From NCBI GenBank assembly GCA_951804945.1, contig OX638152.1, positions 66,216,001-66,280,000 of the forward strand: a stretch of 64,000 nucleotides of DNA, written 5' to 3'. The DNA is from Podarcis cretensis (Eukaryota). A program made the translations under genes and the position numbers. The notes below the pieces were generated by a model. The model was not told where the DNA came from, did no database searches, and was given only the letters and a program-made list of their open reading frames with translations. Numbering within the stretch: the first letter of the stretch is position 1; the number at the start of each line of letters is the position of its first letter. This document shows positions 1 through 13,620 of the stretch, one piece after another.

Positions 1-374
1 ATGACAGAGTTAATGCTTTCTCATGCATTATTCTTAAACAAATTAAGCCCAGACAGAGCCACAGCAGCAATCTTGCCAGCAGGAGCAGATGCTTGGAGGT
101 GATGTAACTTGTGTTGCTAACTTCAGCCTCTGTACTGACCTCAGTAGTGACTGCAGACAAAGGATACATATATTTTGAGGTGAGTGGACATGCCAGTGCC
201 TTATTTCCTCACTTCTCTTTACAGTATTGGTAAAAGGACCATTTTGAGCACTGCTTGTATGTATAGCTGGAATAAAGATTGAGTCTTCTTCTCCCCCCTC
301 TCCTTGTGACAAGGGCTCTTTAAGAAAGTCAGACCTGGATTCAGTTGTTGTTGCTTTCTGCAATAATTGCTTAG

Positions 375-494
<120 letters not shown>

Positions 495-1292
495 TGAAGC
501 AGCCCGGCTGCATTGCAGATTCCAAACTGCAAAGGCTCGGGATTAAAAAAAGAAAGCTGCAAAATCTGTTGTGACAGTAGACTGTGATGTGTGAGGGAGA
601 GGTTGTCGAGGTGCATCATTTAAAAAAGGATTTTGAGACTGCTTACTGTATTTCATGCCCTGGTATCTTCTTGGAAATGGGCCAACGCCGAAGTTTCTCT
701 ACGCAGATTATATACCGGGCGTGGGGTAGGGGGAATTAAGACACCATGGAAAATAAACCACTGCATTGTCAATGGCTATAGGCTCTGTGTGACATTGCAG
801 AACACAATTTATTTTTAGCTCAGGCACTCCTAAAATCTCAGGGGAGACTTCTCCATGATTGTGCAGTATTTACTGCTGGAAATGAATTGTTCTCTTTACC
901 CTTTTTCTCTAGCTGCTCTCTTTTCGGTTCCGTTTCAAAGCAAGCTTCCTTTTTTTTAACCACCAACCATGTATTAGCTTTTATGTTGTTCAGAAATCAT
1001 TTAAATTTGTTGTGAATTCACCAGCTTTTCCCAATAGGTTTTGTTCATGTGAAATATCTCCCAAGTGATAATACAGCTGCCCAAAAAGTATAAGCATCCC
1101 TGTTTAAGCTGAAGTCTTTAGTATGATTCCTCCCCCCACCCCCCAACAAGGCAGTACAGAAAAAGGAGAAGGATAATCTCTTAACATTTCCAGAAACAGG
1201 CTTATTAAAATACCTCCTGTATTGTTTGGGATTTTAATGTTATTGATTTGATCTATCACCTCTTTGCTCTGATTTTTTCTGTTGTTGTGTAG

Positions 1293-1388
1293 GTGAATCA
1301 GAAAATACCCCACCCCCTCTAGGTTTAGCTGCCAACACCCTCCTTCCAGACTCTGTGGCCTCAACTGCTGCTGCTGATTCCGCCAATG
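1293..1388 (+). CDS. MAP7D2: MAP7D2 probable alternative cassette exon (GESENTPPPLGLAANTLLPDSVASTAAADSAN)
   Basis: U-rich tract + tgtag| acceptor and G|gtattt donor; 96 nt, phase 1-1, open frame; resembles a recalled mammalian MAP7D2 isoform insert. Confidence 0.75.
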
Positions 1389-2442
1389 GTATTTGAGAGT
1401 CTCACAGTGCCATAGTGTCGTTTATCACTTTTAACGCATCCACCAATTTTGTCCTCCCCCCTAACTTCCTGTGTGTTCTCTGTTGTTTCAGTTCAATCCT
1501 TGACAGCACTGTTACCAGAAATTCTGGATTCAGTTCCCCCAAGCGTCACTGCTGCCATTTCTTTGGGGAGGGGAACCTGTGGCCATGTAGATGTCACCGG
1601 ACTACAAGTTCCATCATCCCTTACCATTGGCTGTGCTGGCTAGGGCTGGTGGGAGTTGGAGTCCTGCAACGTTTGGAGGGCTACAGGTTCCCCTCCCCTG
1701 GCTTAGAGTTTATGCAACACAAATCCTGTTGCAGTGGAGGCTTTGTGGCAAGAGGGCTTGGTGGATTGCACCCATGAACTTCACTGTCTGGTTGTTGTTG
1801 TTTTGTTATAAACGAAGCAATGCATGCTTGGCATTCCAACGTCATAATGGTGATTTGAATCCTGTTCCTACTAGATGTTGTCAAGTTCATTTCCTTTTTT
1901 CCCTAGTGTGGGACATACATGTGTCACGTGTACTGTGTGCCTTTTGAATAGCTTCTCTAGGTGGGGACAGGACTAGTTTAAAACATTTCAGTTACAATGA
2001 ACAAGTTACAATATGAACAAGTAGAATTAATTCCCAGTTACCTGTCACCTAATAATAGAATGGATCGTTATTTGAACCCTTATTTTGAATTAAGTCCAAT
2101 AAGACTGTTCTGGGGGTTCTCCTGGCCCTCCTATAGTGAAGTGCAGGGGGCATTGTAATGGAATGGAAGGGAAGGAGAACCAACCAACTGAGCAGAAGGG
2201 GGTAGCTTCATCCCTATCATTGGTCTGTTTCCACTAGGTAGAAGGGATAGGGCAGTGCAATGTGACAGTGAAGCAACACGACCATCTCCTGCACAGTACA
2301 TTTGACCAAGCAGAAGTAAGCAAGGGGAGTGCAATCCACTGCCTTCTCCCAAGTTCTACAGGTGTGCACCTAGAACCTAGAGATGGGGATTCCATGTCTT
2401 CTGAGTTGCACATAACACAATTGCAGACCACCCCCCATGCAG

Positions 2443-2567
2443 CTCTTAATCTCAGGGTCATGGGTCCAAGCCCCACATTGGGCAAAATATTCCTGCGTTG
2501 CAGGGGGTTGGACTAGATGACGCTTGTGGGTCCTTTCCAACACTACAAACTCGCATGATTCTGTGAC
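2443..2567 (+). mobile_element. 5'-truncated tRNA(Lys)-derived SINE with CR1-type 3' tail
   Basis: ctcttaatctcagggtcatgggtccaagccccacattgggc resembles the 3' half of tRNA-Lys(CUU). It is followed by attcctgcgttgcagggggttggactagatgac...gattctgtga, the same motif as the CR1 end at ~59490-59553. Confidence 0.65.
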
Positions 2568-3161
2568 TTCCTTAGTCAGGTGGCCCTATGGGTCATTGTG
2601 TCTGGCTGTTAACCAGAAGCTTGGTGGTTTGAGCCCAACCTCTGACTTCTGTGTCCGGATGTTCTTAACATCTAGAGTTTCACACCTTCCTTTAGTCCCA
2701 TCCAGGATAATCAGTGGTCAAGGATGATGGGAGTTTTAGTGCAGCCTAACTGGAGGGCCACAGGTTCCCCGACACTGTTCTAGAGCTCTGAATTGTTTGA
2801 AAATTGTGGGAAGTCTTCCCAGCGTCAACACGGCGTAGGCAAAAAGCAGGATATGTTTGTCGCATCACTGTTGCTTAAATAAAAGTAGAGTTAATTTTTA
2901 TTCATTTTTGTTGTTCTTTAGTACTATTCCCCCCTCCAGTCACTATAAGATAATCTTACACCATACTGTAACATTGAAATGTTTGTAAGCCAAAAGTCTG
3001 CCTTGAATTATACCTCACAGACAGACAGACAGGGCGAGCAGCTCCAGCCTGTGGATTTTATCAGATGTGCTTTATTCTTTGTGCTGATTCATTCACAAGG
3101 TCCACAGTAACAAAATTAAAGGTTAGCTGTGGGAGCATTTGGCACTGTGGAATGAATATAA

Positions 3162-3302
<141 letters not shown>

Positions 3303-3660
3303 TGAATGTGCTGCTCATTGTCGCACCAGAAATGATCTCTCTCCTTTTGTGTTTAAAGTGCATCTCTCTTTTTCTCTCTTCTCCATCCCCAGCCCCCCAG
3401 CCCCTTCCTTTTCTCAATTGGTTAATCCTCTGAAGGCAGTAATGTTTACCAGAAATCAGTGCAGAAATCACTTCAGTTTTCTTTTTTTGGTTAAGTATAT
3501 TAAGGAAACTTTCCCTTAGAAAACGAAGAGTCCTGTTTTCAGACATTTCAGTATTGCTTAGGTAAGAACTTTAAATTTTAAAACAGGCATCAAAGCCGCT
3601 TTTTTCTCTCTCTCTTCAGCATAAACCTCGTCCATTTCAGTAGTTCTAAGGAGTATAGCC

Positions 3661-3794
3661 TAAGGTTACCAGATTTTTTTCAATGAATCCAGGGACACTT
3701 TTCAACTTCAGTAGGAATGAATGGATTTTGTTAGGGAACTGATTTGTAAATCCGGGGGAGTGTCCCCAGGAAACGGAGACATCTGGTAACCTTA
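3661..3794. mobile_element. hAT (Blackjack-like) MITE
   Basis: TIR TAAGGTTACCAGAT / ATCTGGTAACCTTA; perfect 8-bp TSD GTATAGCC at 3653-3660 and 3795-3802. Confidence 0.85.
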
Positions 3795-4518
3795 GTATAG
3801 CCTACAACCTTAGTGGTTTGATTTTTAATTTTGACATTTTCCATTACCAGATATGCCAAGAAACAAGTATTTCCCTTAGGGGAAAATTTGGATGGCTAAT
3901 AGGTGGCCTCCATTGTACACCTGTGGCACTCAAGCTGTAGGACAGGTCAGTCCCAGAGGATGTGGAGTACCTCGTCGTAGTGGATGCGCAGGTGGATTTC
4001 TAGGCAATTGTGGAACTTGTAGGAAAGGGTTGTCCCGTGCCTCTTGAATCTCACTGATCCACACAGTATTTGTGGAGCTAGCTGCATGTAGGAGAAGAGC
4101 AGCTGCTTTGTTCTCATGACGGTTGCCTGTGTGTTATTTTAAGACTAGAGATCAGAGCAACCCAGCTCTGTTTGTCTTCTAATGCCAGCGTTGGGATTCA
4201 TATACTAGTGCATAGATCCTTACACACAGCAGCCTGTCTGCAAAACTCTGTGCATGCTCATTGTGCTAGGCTGGGGCAGGGCAGAACAGAACGGGACATG
4301 TTTTGAAGAGAGGGTCCATATTGAAGAAGTCTGAGAGAGACTGCTGTAGACAGAAGAAAGCAAGAGCGAGCTCCTTGGGCAAGTTTTGTGGGGGGAGAAA
4401 TAGGTCTCTATAGTGGAATGGATGAATATCACCTACGTCTGAGGGTAGATTTACTGGGCTTCGGCAATCCATGCCATGTCAGCAATAATACCCAGCAGGA
4501 AAATATTTAATTACAGTA

Positions 4519-4723
4519 CAGTGGTACCTCTGGTTACATACTTAATTCGTTCTGGAGGTCCGTTCTTAACCTGAAGCAACCACTTTAGCTAATGGGGCCT
4601 CCTGCTGCTGCCGCCGGGACTCGATTTCTGTTCTCATCCTGAAGCAAAGTTCTTAACCTGAGGTACTATTTCTGGGTTAGCAGAGTCTGTAACCTGAAGC
4701 GTATGTAACCCGAGGTACCATTG
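4519..4723 (+). mobile_element. Tc1/mariner-type MITE, family A copy 1
   Basis: TIR CAGTGGTACCTC, TA TSD; same family as 9888-10105, 23404-23637 and 34300-34514. Confidence 0.85.
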
Positions 4724-5673
4724 TAAAATAGTTCTTAAGAGAATAGTTATTCCCCCTCATCTTCATTTTTCACTGCTTACAGGAAGTTTTTGCTTTTTTC
4801 TGTTGTAAACTTTATTTGAGCCTGGAGTTGTAAAAAATTTTTTGGTGCTTTTTTTTGGTGCAACAATGGTATTCTATTAATTTTCTGTGGAACTTAATTC
4901 CGTTCATGTGTGCTTTGGATCATAGCCTACCTACCACCTGATTCTGTTAAGCAGTTTTCACTATAATGGTAGAAGCGATGGATCTAAATAGGGTATAACA
5001 TCCAGTCCTGTGCCTGACATTCAATGCAGAGCTAGCTGATTCTGTTCCCATTTGCTAGGAAATCTTTCTCTTAACTATTAATTATGGCCAGTGTACATTT
5101 GTCCTGGACTCCACAGCTCTTATGACCCGGAAGCTTATTAGTTAGCAGGCAAAAAGGGGCTAGTTTAACCCTCTGTATAGCATGGAGTAGGGCAAACTGC
5201 CAGGGTGCTAATATTGCTGACTTCAACACTAGAAGGAATGGCTTAGAATTAATATTCTAGCACTTGTTGCTCTGAAACTGCTGCCTTGTTGCAGCACTTC
5301 ATAAATCAAGGCATTCATTAATAGTTCTAGCATTATCTAACCTACAGTATCGTTGCATATAATATACCATACCCTTCGACACAAGTGTGTCTCGTATATT
5401 AATGAAGAAGTGTGGAAAATCATAAGAGAGGCTAATACGTTAATGTCCATTCTGCTTGTTAGACCAAATAACACATAAGGTACTCGGCTTAAAACCCTGA
5501 AAATCGAAGCCCTCCTAAGAAGAATTAAATCCAAGGATTTGTAGTTCTCCAAGATGCCCAGTTATTTGTTCTTTTCCCCTTCGTTCATTTTCGTTTGGCC
5601 ATTCATTATGTTTGTTTGCAATTTTTTGAAGTGGCTTTTTTCTTAATGTTTTTCGTTTGTTTCCATTCTTCAG

Positions 5674-5796
5674 CTCATCGCATGCACCTTAGTCCTATGG
5701 AAAACTTTATTATTTCTCGACTATTGACTCCCACACAAGCTTCTTTAGCCAGAAGCAGAAGTACATTAATGCTTTCTGAGCAATACAGTGATTCAG
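5674..5796 (+). CDS. MAP7D2: MAP7D2 coding (cassette-type) exon (AHRMHLSPMENFIISRLLTPTQASLARSRSTLMLSEQYSDS)
   Basis: ttcag| ... G|gtaaac; 123 nt, phase 1-1; contains the MAP7-family RLLTPT.SLARSRS motif. Confidence 0.9.
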
Positions 5797-6613
5797 GTAA
5801 ACCTAATGTTTTAAGGAATGTATTAGGCTCATAGAAAAAAATAATTCAAGATTCCCACCCCCACCCCTGGTAATTTATTAATCTTATTCCACATGTAATA
5901 ATAATCCTTCAAAAACAAGGAAAGCTACAGAGTTCTATCCAGGAGCTTTATTGCTTGGTTGCCTTAGCAATTATGTTGAAGAATGTAACATTTCGGTTGG
6001 CTAGAAAGTAAACAAATAACAAAACAAATTTAAAAATTGTCTAAATAGTGATTTATAATTAAGCTTAACTCAAATTTCTAGGAGTCTAAGTAGTATCCAT
6101 TCAGATGACATACTAGGACTTTAAAAGCAGTTTTACTAACGCTAAACAAGACAGTATGATTTCCTAGCCAGTGAACTACAGTACTCTGATTCAAAGTTAG
6201 TTATCAAACTAGTAACATCTGTACCATGTATCACTTTTAGATCTGATTTCTCCAGTCCTTAGGATACTACTTTAGACATGTTTCTGAATCTAAAATGGTC
6301 ATGAAAAATTGACCGATAACAAAAATAATTCTCAACAAGAGATTTTAATCTGTTAGGAGTGGCCATCTCTTTAAAACCTGTCAATAGAAGAACTATTTAT
6401 TCCTATGGCCTAAAGTTTTTAAGCTTAGTGAAGGCACTTCAGTAAATGTGTGGTGGTTGTATAAAGAGAGAAAATATGGTTTATTAATGTGTTTGAACAG
6501 TTTGTGTTTTTCTGTTTCTAATAAAGATTGCTGTTCCTCCCCCCCTTTTTTCCGCCCTCGCTTTCTTTGTCTATGTTCCCTATTGCTCTGGCTATTGTAC
6601 TATAACTCTTTAG

Positions 6614-6762
6614 TATTCCATATCTGTCCTCGTGTAGCGCCAGCTAGCCCTCTTAAATCTCCTTACAAGCCTTCGCCCACTCGAAGTATGGAGAGAAAGA
6701 AGGCAGCATCTGCGTCAACATCCGATGCAATGAAAGGAGCAACTGCAGCAGAAGTGCCACAG
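6614..6762 (+). CDS. MAP7D2: MAP7D2 coding exon (VFHICPRVAPASPLKSPYKPSPTRSMERKK...AEVPQ)
   Basis: Long pyrimidine tract + tttag|; CAG|gtgggc donor; phase 1 to 0. Confidence 0.9.
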
Positions 6763-8665
6763 GTGGGCTTGAAACTTGGCCGGCCCAAGATAGATGCTCT
6801 TTTTGTTTTTTAAGTATATTTATAAGATGGTTGGGTATTCTGTGGGTCAGTGTTTAAAGAGTAAATGGCCTCTCTGTTTCTCCTGCTTCCAGCCGCTCTG
6901 TTGCAACCATTCCTCTGCTCTCTAGATATTCATAAGCAGTGATGCTTGCACTAAGTTCTGTTATGTTGAGCTGAAGGGTCAAGTATTTAGGGAGTCTGTG
7001 TGTCTGGTGTGATATTATATTTTCCAGATGGGAAGAGTTTTTTGAAACTTGAAATTAGATTATAAGAATCTGCGACTTAAAAGGATATAACCGTCAGTGC
7101 ATTGTACCTTTTAAAGCACTGGCTTCAGTGCTTTTAAAGGTTTTTTTTTAAAAAATAAAATAAAATCTGAGTGCATCACTACAAATAATTTGTTTTGAAA
7201 TTTGAACTTGCTTTCTTGCGTCCTAACTCAGCAGAAAAATAGTTTAGCTTTTAAGAGCTAAAGTATGCTAATGCTTAATTGGGGTAGGTTTTGACAGTTT
7301 CCCTTGCTGCTAGAGGATTTGTTTTGTGTTTGTTTCAGCTCCGCGTGGCGCTGCAAATAAGAAGGAAAATGTTTTAATGCATTCATGTACATTTCTAATT
7401 TTATAATATTTGTGGACACTAGGGTGCGCTCTTAGAATTCTGTCTGATAACTAACCAAGTACCACAAGGATAAAACAATAAGAGTAACACCCTGTGGTAT
7501 TTTTCTTCTTCAATAATACTCAAGTATGTGTATTGAGAAGAATAAATTAATAATAAGAGCAGGTGGCTAGGGGTTAGCGCTAGACATAGTCAAATGCCAG
7601 AGATATGTTTCTGTATAGTGCAAACTGCTTGATCATGGTTATGCCGACCTACATTTTGCACTAGTTATAACTACAGTACTTCGAATAATGTATGTGTAAT
7701 TTGCTTGATTCTTCTTCATCAAGAGTAATTCATGCAATAGTAAGGTACCATGTTTTAAAAATGGTTGCATGTATAGGACTCAGGTTGGTATGAATTCACC
7801 TAATTTTATTGTACTGTTATTTTTAGTTTAAGTTTGGAAATAAAAGTCACATTGAAAGTTTAACATGGAAAGATAGGATACAAGTAATTTAAATAAACAT
7901 TGCTTTCTTCAATGTACTGTAGAATTTTGGACATCAGAGGATATCACTTGACCATTCAAAAGTTATTACGTAATGGAATAAGTTGCTTTCACTTGTAAAA
8001 CACTAAAATAAGAATATGAGATGCTAAGTCTCTGACCCACCCTTCAGATCCCCCAGAACTTAAGCTTCCCTCAAAAATTCTGCAGAAGTATTACTAATGG
8101 TCACAAGTTGATACTTCCTCCCAAACCTTGTTATAACTCCAGTTTGTTTTGTTGACCAAGAAACACAGCAGCAGTTGGGAGGGTGGGATTTATATATTTT
8201 ATTAAGGTCCCTCTGCATCTTCTCTTGTATTTCAGAGCATTGTGGCTATACCAGTAGCATGTTTGACCCCCAACATTTCACAGATAGCAAACGGCTTTTA
8301 AAAATTCTGCTCAATTTCAAAAGCAGGTTGCCCTGCTTGGGTTTCTATATGATACTTTGGAACTTGACCACTGCTTGTAAAATACCCTGAGAGAACTCTA
8401 TGCAAGGGCACTTAACTGAACTACTTTGCCACTGCAATATTTTGATTAATATATATATTGTATATTATATTTGTGTATAAATATAAATATTTAGTGTAAC
8501 TTTGATGGCCATAGGGGGGAAATGTTGCAAGCTTTCACAAAACTTGTTTAAAAAAATTAAAATACAATTTTGGTTTGTACATACAAGTCTGTTTGTGGGT
8601 ATCTGTGCTAAATCTGTTTCATCAGATGCCAAAAGTACCTGTCTTTCGTCGTCTTCTTTTTTAAG

Positions 8666-8793
8666 AATGAGAAGAAAAAGAAGGAGAAGCGGCCCACAAC
8701 CCCTGGCACATCATCTGGTTTGGGATCTCCTCTTAGAAGATCTGATTCTCCAGCAGCCATGTCCAAGCGATCAGGTTCACCTGCAACTCCTAA
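8666..8793 (+). CDS. MAP7D2: MAP7D2 coding exon (NEKKKKEKRPTTPGTSSGLGSPLRRSDSPAAMSKRSGSPATP)
   Basis: ttttaag| ... AA|gtaaga; phase 0 to 2; conserved GSPLRR. Confidence 0.88.
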
Positions 8794-9887
8794 GTAAGAC
8801 AATTCAGCAAAATCTGATTTGCCCCCCCTTTTTCCCATCCTCCCTCACAGTCGCTTCAAGGATCGACCAGTCTCCTTCAGCCTTCCCCTTGTCCCTAAAG
8901 CAGCCAGTGGGAGAATTAGGGTCGGAATTCATCAGAATGCAGTTTCCCCTCTGCCTCAATGAGCAGTCTGATGCAGGGGAAAGAAGGGAGGGCATAGGCA
9001 GTTTTCAAGAGAAAAATGCCAGTCTTAAAGTCATCAGTTTCATTATCATAATATATCTGAAGAGGAAACCAGCAATTTCCTGAACACAGGATTCTAATCG
9101 TGTTGAATCACTTTTTTCTTTTCCTTTTGTTCTGTAGCATGTTGAACATCTGTTGCTACGGAATATTTCCCAAGCCAATCCTGGCCCAAATTCTTTAGAG
9201 ATGCCTAGGTTGCCAATAAAGTGTCTTATTATATTTTGAGGGCATAGATGAGTAAGCAAGATTCGTCACTTAGCTTGATTACATTTGTCTGTTAGCAATA
9301 GAACTGACACTTTTCTGGGAACAGCCACTCACTTCCAATGGCTCAGAACACTTTGGACAGTTACTCACAGCGCCACTCCTTCATCAGTTTACCTGGTGGC
9401 AGTCTGTCAGAGGCCACTGCCACCACTGGGTAAACCTGCTTATGCATGAGATGAGGCGGCTGTCAGCCGCCCCATCCTTCTCACATGGGCTTGGTTGCAG
9501 GTGTACCTGGCAAAGTTGTGTCATGGCCTGGGGCTTGTGAGCAGAAAATGAGTGCTGCTCCATCCTCTCCTTGCATTCATGTGACTTGTAATGAACCAGC
9601 CACTGCTATGTAAACTTGTGAGCAAATACACTGCCAGGCAAGAAAGGACAAGTAGTGGTGGGTGGGTTGACACTGGGTGAGGGGGTGGGTGGGTTGCTTA
9701 GCGTGGCCTGTCTAGGACCCACAAACTTGGAGTCTGACCTGGGTTAAAAAAATGTTCGCTGAGGAGAACTGTTAAAATCTACAACAAATTTATTTTTCTG
9801 ATTGTACCCTTAATTGGTTGTAAAACCACTGATTTAATGCACCCAGTCCAACTATATCACAGAAAATAATGGTAACTGAAGTTATTA

Positions 9888-10105
9888 CAGTGGTACCTCA
9901 GGTTAAGAATTTAATTCGTTCTGGAGGTCTGTTTTTAACCTGAAACTGTTCTTAACCTGAAGCACCACTTTAGCTAATGGGGTCTCCTGCTGCCGCCGGA
10001 GCACGATTTCTGTTCTCATCCTGAAGCAAAGTTCTTAACCCGAGGTAATATTTCTGGGTTAGCGGAGTGTGTAACCTGAAGCGTATGTAACCCGAGGTAC
10101 CACTG
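9888..10105 (+). mobile_element. Tc1/mariner-type MITE, family A copy 2
   Basis: TA-CAGTGGTACCTC ... GAGGTACCACTG-TA. Confidence 0.87.
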
Positions 10106-11599
10106 TACTAGCTTAGGATCATCACCTACATCAGATGGAGGGGGAGAGCATAAAAGCAGCAGAAGTAAGGAAGAGCCAATTCTATTGATGTGGAACCAGT
10201 TAGAGGGTAGTCATGTAAGGGTTTAAAGTGGCCAACAGCTGGAATGTTGCCACTGAGGGCATATAGGCAGAGCTTGCTTGGATGTCCTCTCAAAACTAAC
10301 TGGCAAGAGAGCATTGCACGAGAGTGTTGCTGCTGCCGCTGCTGTTGAACGGCAGACTGACTAACATTCCTGCAGGATACATTGAACTGGCAGTGCAGTA
10401 CTTTAGATCCTCACAAAATTTGTAAAGGTTATTTTCCAAGGCAATTTTGTTTGGAAAAGAAAGAGAGAGAAATAGCTCATACATAAGCAAGGTGAACAAG
10501 CTGTTATGTTACTTCCTGCAAGAAGCGCTTTGATAAAGCAAATAGTAAAGAAAAAAGTAAATGGAGGGAAAGATGTATATGGCCAAAAGGTTCATAAACA
10601 GAAAATAAAGGGTTAATCGGAAACCAAGAAATGCTGACTAGAGGACAAAAGGGACAAAGAAGTTTATCTGCCTGAAATTAGAGCTGAGTCAGAAAGTGGT
10701 ATAGATATTTAGTAATAGGGTGGTGTCTACAAAAATCTATAGAATCAGCTGACTGGGCAAAAAAAAGCAAAAAAAACCCTCACTTAAAAGTAGATACTGG
10801 TTATTTTAAAATAGTAAATGTCCCAAACTGTGTTCCCAGTCAAAAACAGATAATATAAATTCAGAAGTTCTTTAGATGTATTCTACAGTGTCTCCCTCTT
10901 TAAATTATTTTTACTGAAGTTTTCAACAGACAGATAACAACAGCGAAACAAGCACAAAATGTAATACTGCAGTACAACAGTTCATTGATCAGTCTGCATC
11001 ACTGGATAGAATTGACCTGCAAAATACTAAACTCAATAAAGACCACAGAAAATGTGCAGTAGTGTCTTTGCTTAATTGTTAGGGTATATTTTCACACAAA
11101 CAAGATGAGATAAACTTGTATATTGATACAAGCCCAGGGTATGTTTGTCATAGACTCAATTCCCGCCCCCCTCCGGGAGTAATGCTTCAAGTATTTTCAT
11201 GTTTTGTGAGCCTACCACATTGCCTCATGACAGTGTAATTTGTGTGAACAAGTATGAAATGGATTTGCTGTTAATCCCAGTTGGCACAATTTCTCTCTCC
11301 CTGTTTTTTTAACAGACTAATTTGCTGCCTGGCGCATGATTTGTTTCTTCCGAATGTTTTTGGTCACAGTCCTGTTTTGCCTAAGAACAGACAGTCTGCA
11401 AACTTAATCCTCATATTCTTATATGTTTGCAGCTTTAAAATAAAATAAAAATAAAATAATGTTTTATTTGATGTAAAAGGGCAAAGAGTGGGGAAGTGGG
11501 AGAAATCAACCAAGGTTAAGATCAGTTAACAATTGACCTGTCCTTCCTGGGATCTGTTGGCAATACAGTATTGCATTATTTATTTGAATTTATTTTTAG

Positions 11600-11844
11600 A
11601 ACACTTACGAAGACTTACCCACAGTCTCCCAAAACTACTAAACAGTATCTGGCCTCTCCTGTGAAACACCGTGCCACTTCAAATCTCAACCAAGAAACGC
11701 CTAAGAAAAGGGCAGAAAAGCATAAAGACCAGCAAAGGGAGACTGCTGGTCAGAAAAACCAAGGGTCACCTGGTGAAGAGGCTGTAAGCCAACATCTAGC
11801 TGAAAAATCTCTGCCTTCTGCAGGAAAGACCGAAAGCAGTGAAG
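11600..11844 (+). CDS. MAP7D2: MAP7D2 coding exon ([24 protein letters not shown]...GKTESSE)
   Basis: tttttag| ... G|gtgttt; phase 2 to 1; conserved YPQSPKTTK. Confidence 0.9.
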
Positions 11845-12802
11845 GTGTTTTGCTTTTGCCTTTTTGCTTTTGTTTCGTTTTTGCTTCTGTTGTAATACCT
11901 CTTAACTCCTTATATATCAAATAACTAGTTCTATCATTTCCATCTTTGTGGCAAAGGAAATTTGGCACTGATCCAGAGGATGCCATAAATGCCTTTATCT
12001 TTAGAAGTCTTCATAGAATATTCAGTTAGTTCTAGTAGTAGGTATAATGTCAAGAATAAACTATTGGGCCATTGGTAAGCAAAACGTATTGAGAAGCCAG
12101 ACGTCGATTCCTGGATATTTCTTGTGCCTTTTCTTGCTGTGGTGTCAACCTCTCTCAGTACATTAACATGCCCTGCTTTACTAAAGATATCATGAATTGC
12201 AGGTGCAGTTAGAAATACTATATGAACGTTTTCTTTTAAACAGTGAAACAAAGGATTAATTTATACAACTAACTGAGGTAGTTTCCTGGGGGAAAGAGCT
12301 GTTGTTCATTTCACTTTGATGCAACTATCTTGATATACTTTCTAGATATTCTTCTCTGCTTACTAATTTTGAGCCACTTATTAGTACAACCTTAACTATG
12401 TCCATCAAATCCTGTGCTTTACACACATTACATTAACACATGTAATGACATTATATTAGTTAGCATCCGTTTGTCTTGGGAGACAATGGACGAGTGAGTG
12501 CGCCTTCAGGGGTGAAGTCAAACCATTTGAAAGTCACAGTGCCTGCTGTGGCTGTAGAGACCAATATAGGAGAGACATGTTTTGTTACAGCTGGGGCAGA
12601 TGAAGGCATCTGGCTCTGCTGATCCAGCTGCACCATGGCCTTTCTTCTTTCTATACTCCTCCTAGCAGTCATTCCTCTTCTGGTCACTGCTGTGGATACA
12701 AGACCTGATTGTCTCCTGATTGTTTGGAGGTTTTGTTTTTCTCTGAATATGAAGCGGTTTATAAATGCTTTAAAGAAATGAAGTGAAGTTAAGTTCCACT
12801 GA

Positions 12803-13072
<270 letters not shown>

Positions 13073-13302
13073 TAAGAGACCTTTTAATTAGTTTCAATTT
13101 CAGAGAGTAGTTAACATGGAATGAATGTTAACTTATCTAAACTAAACTATAGTGAGTCCATATCCATGATTTCGCAGAACTGGATCCCCCAAAATTTAGG
13201 GCACATCTCCCATTTCCCAAGGAAACATGACAAAAGTACACAATTCTGTGCAATATGTAAGTGTTATGCAAGGTATAGCTCCCTCTGCCAGTCCTAAAAT
13301 AA

Positions 13303-13620
<318 letters not shown>

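Noticed and set aside
8502-9083. 193-aa plus-strand ORF
   Set aside because: It overlaps the true MAP7D2 exon 8666-8793 in a different frame; the rest is intron.
9655-9696. G-run cluster that could form a G-quadruplex
   Set aside because: It appears to sit in a degenerate repeat-like intronic segment; nothing supports a function.
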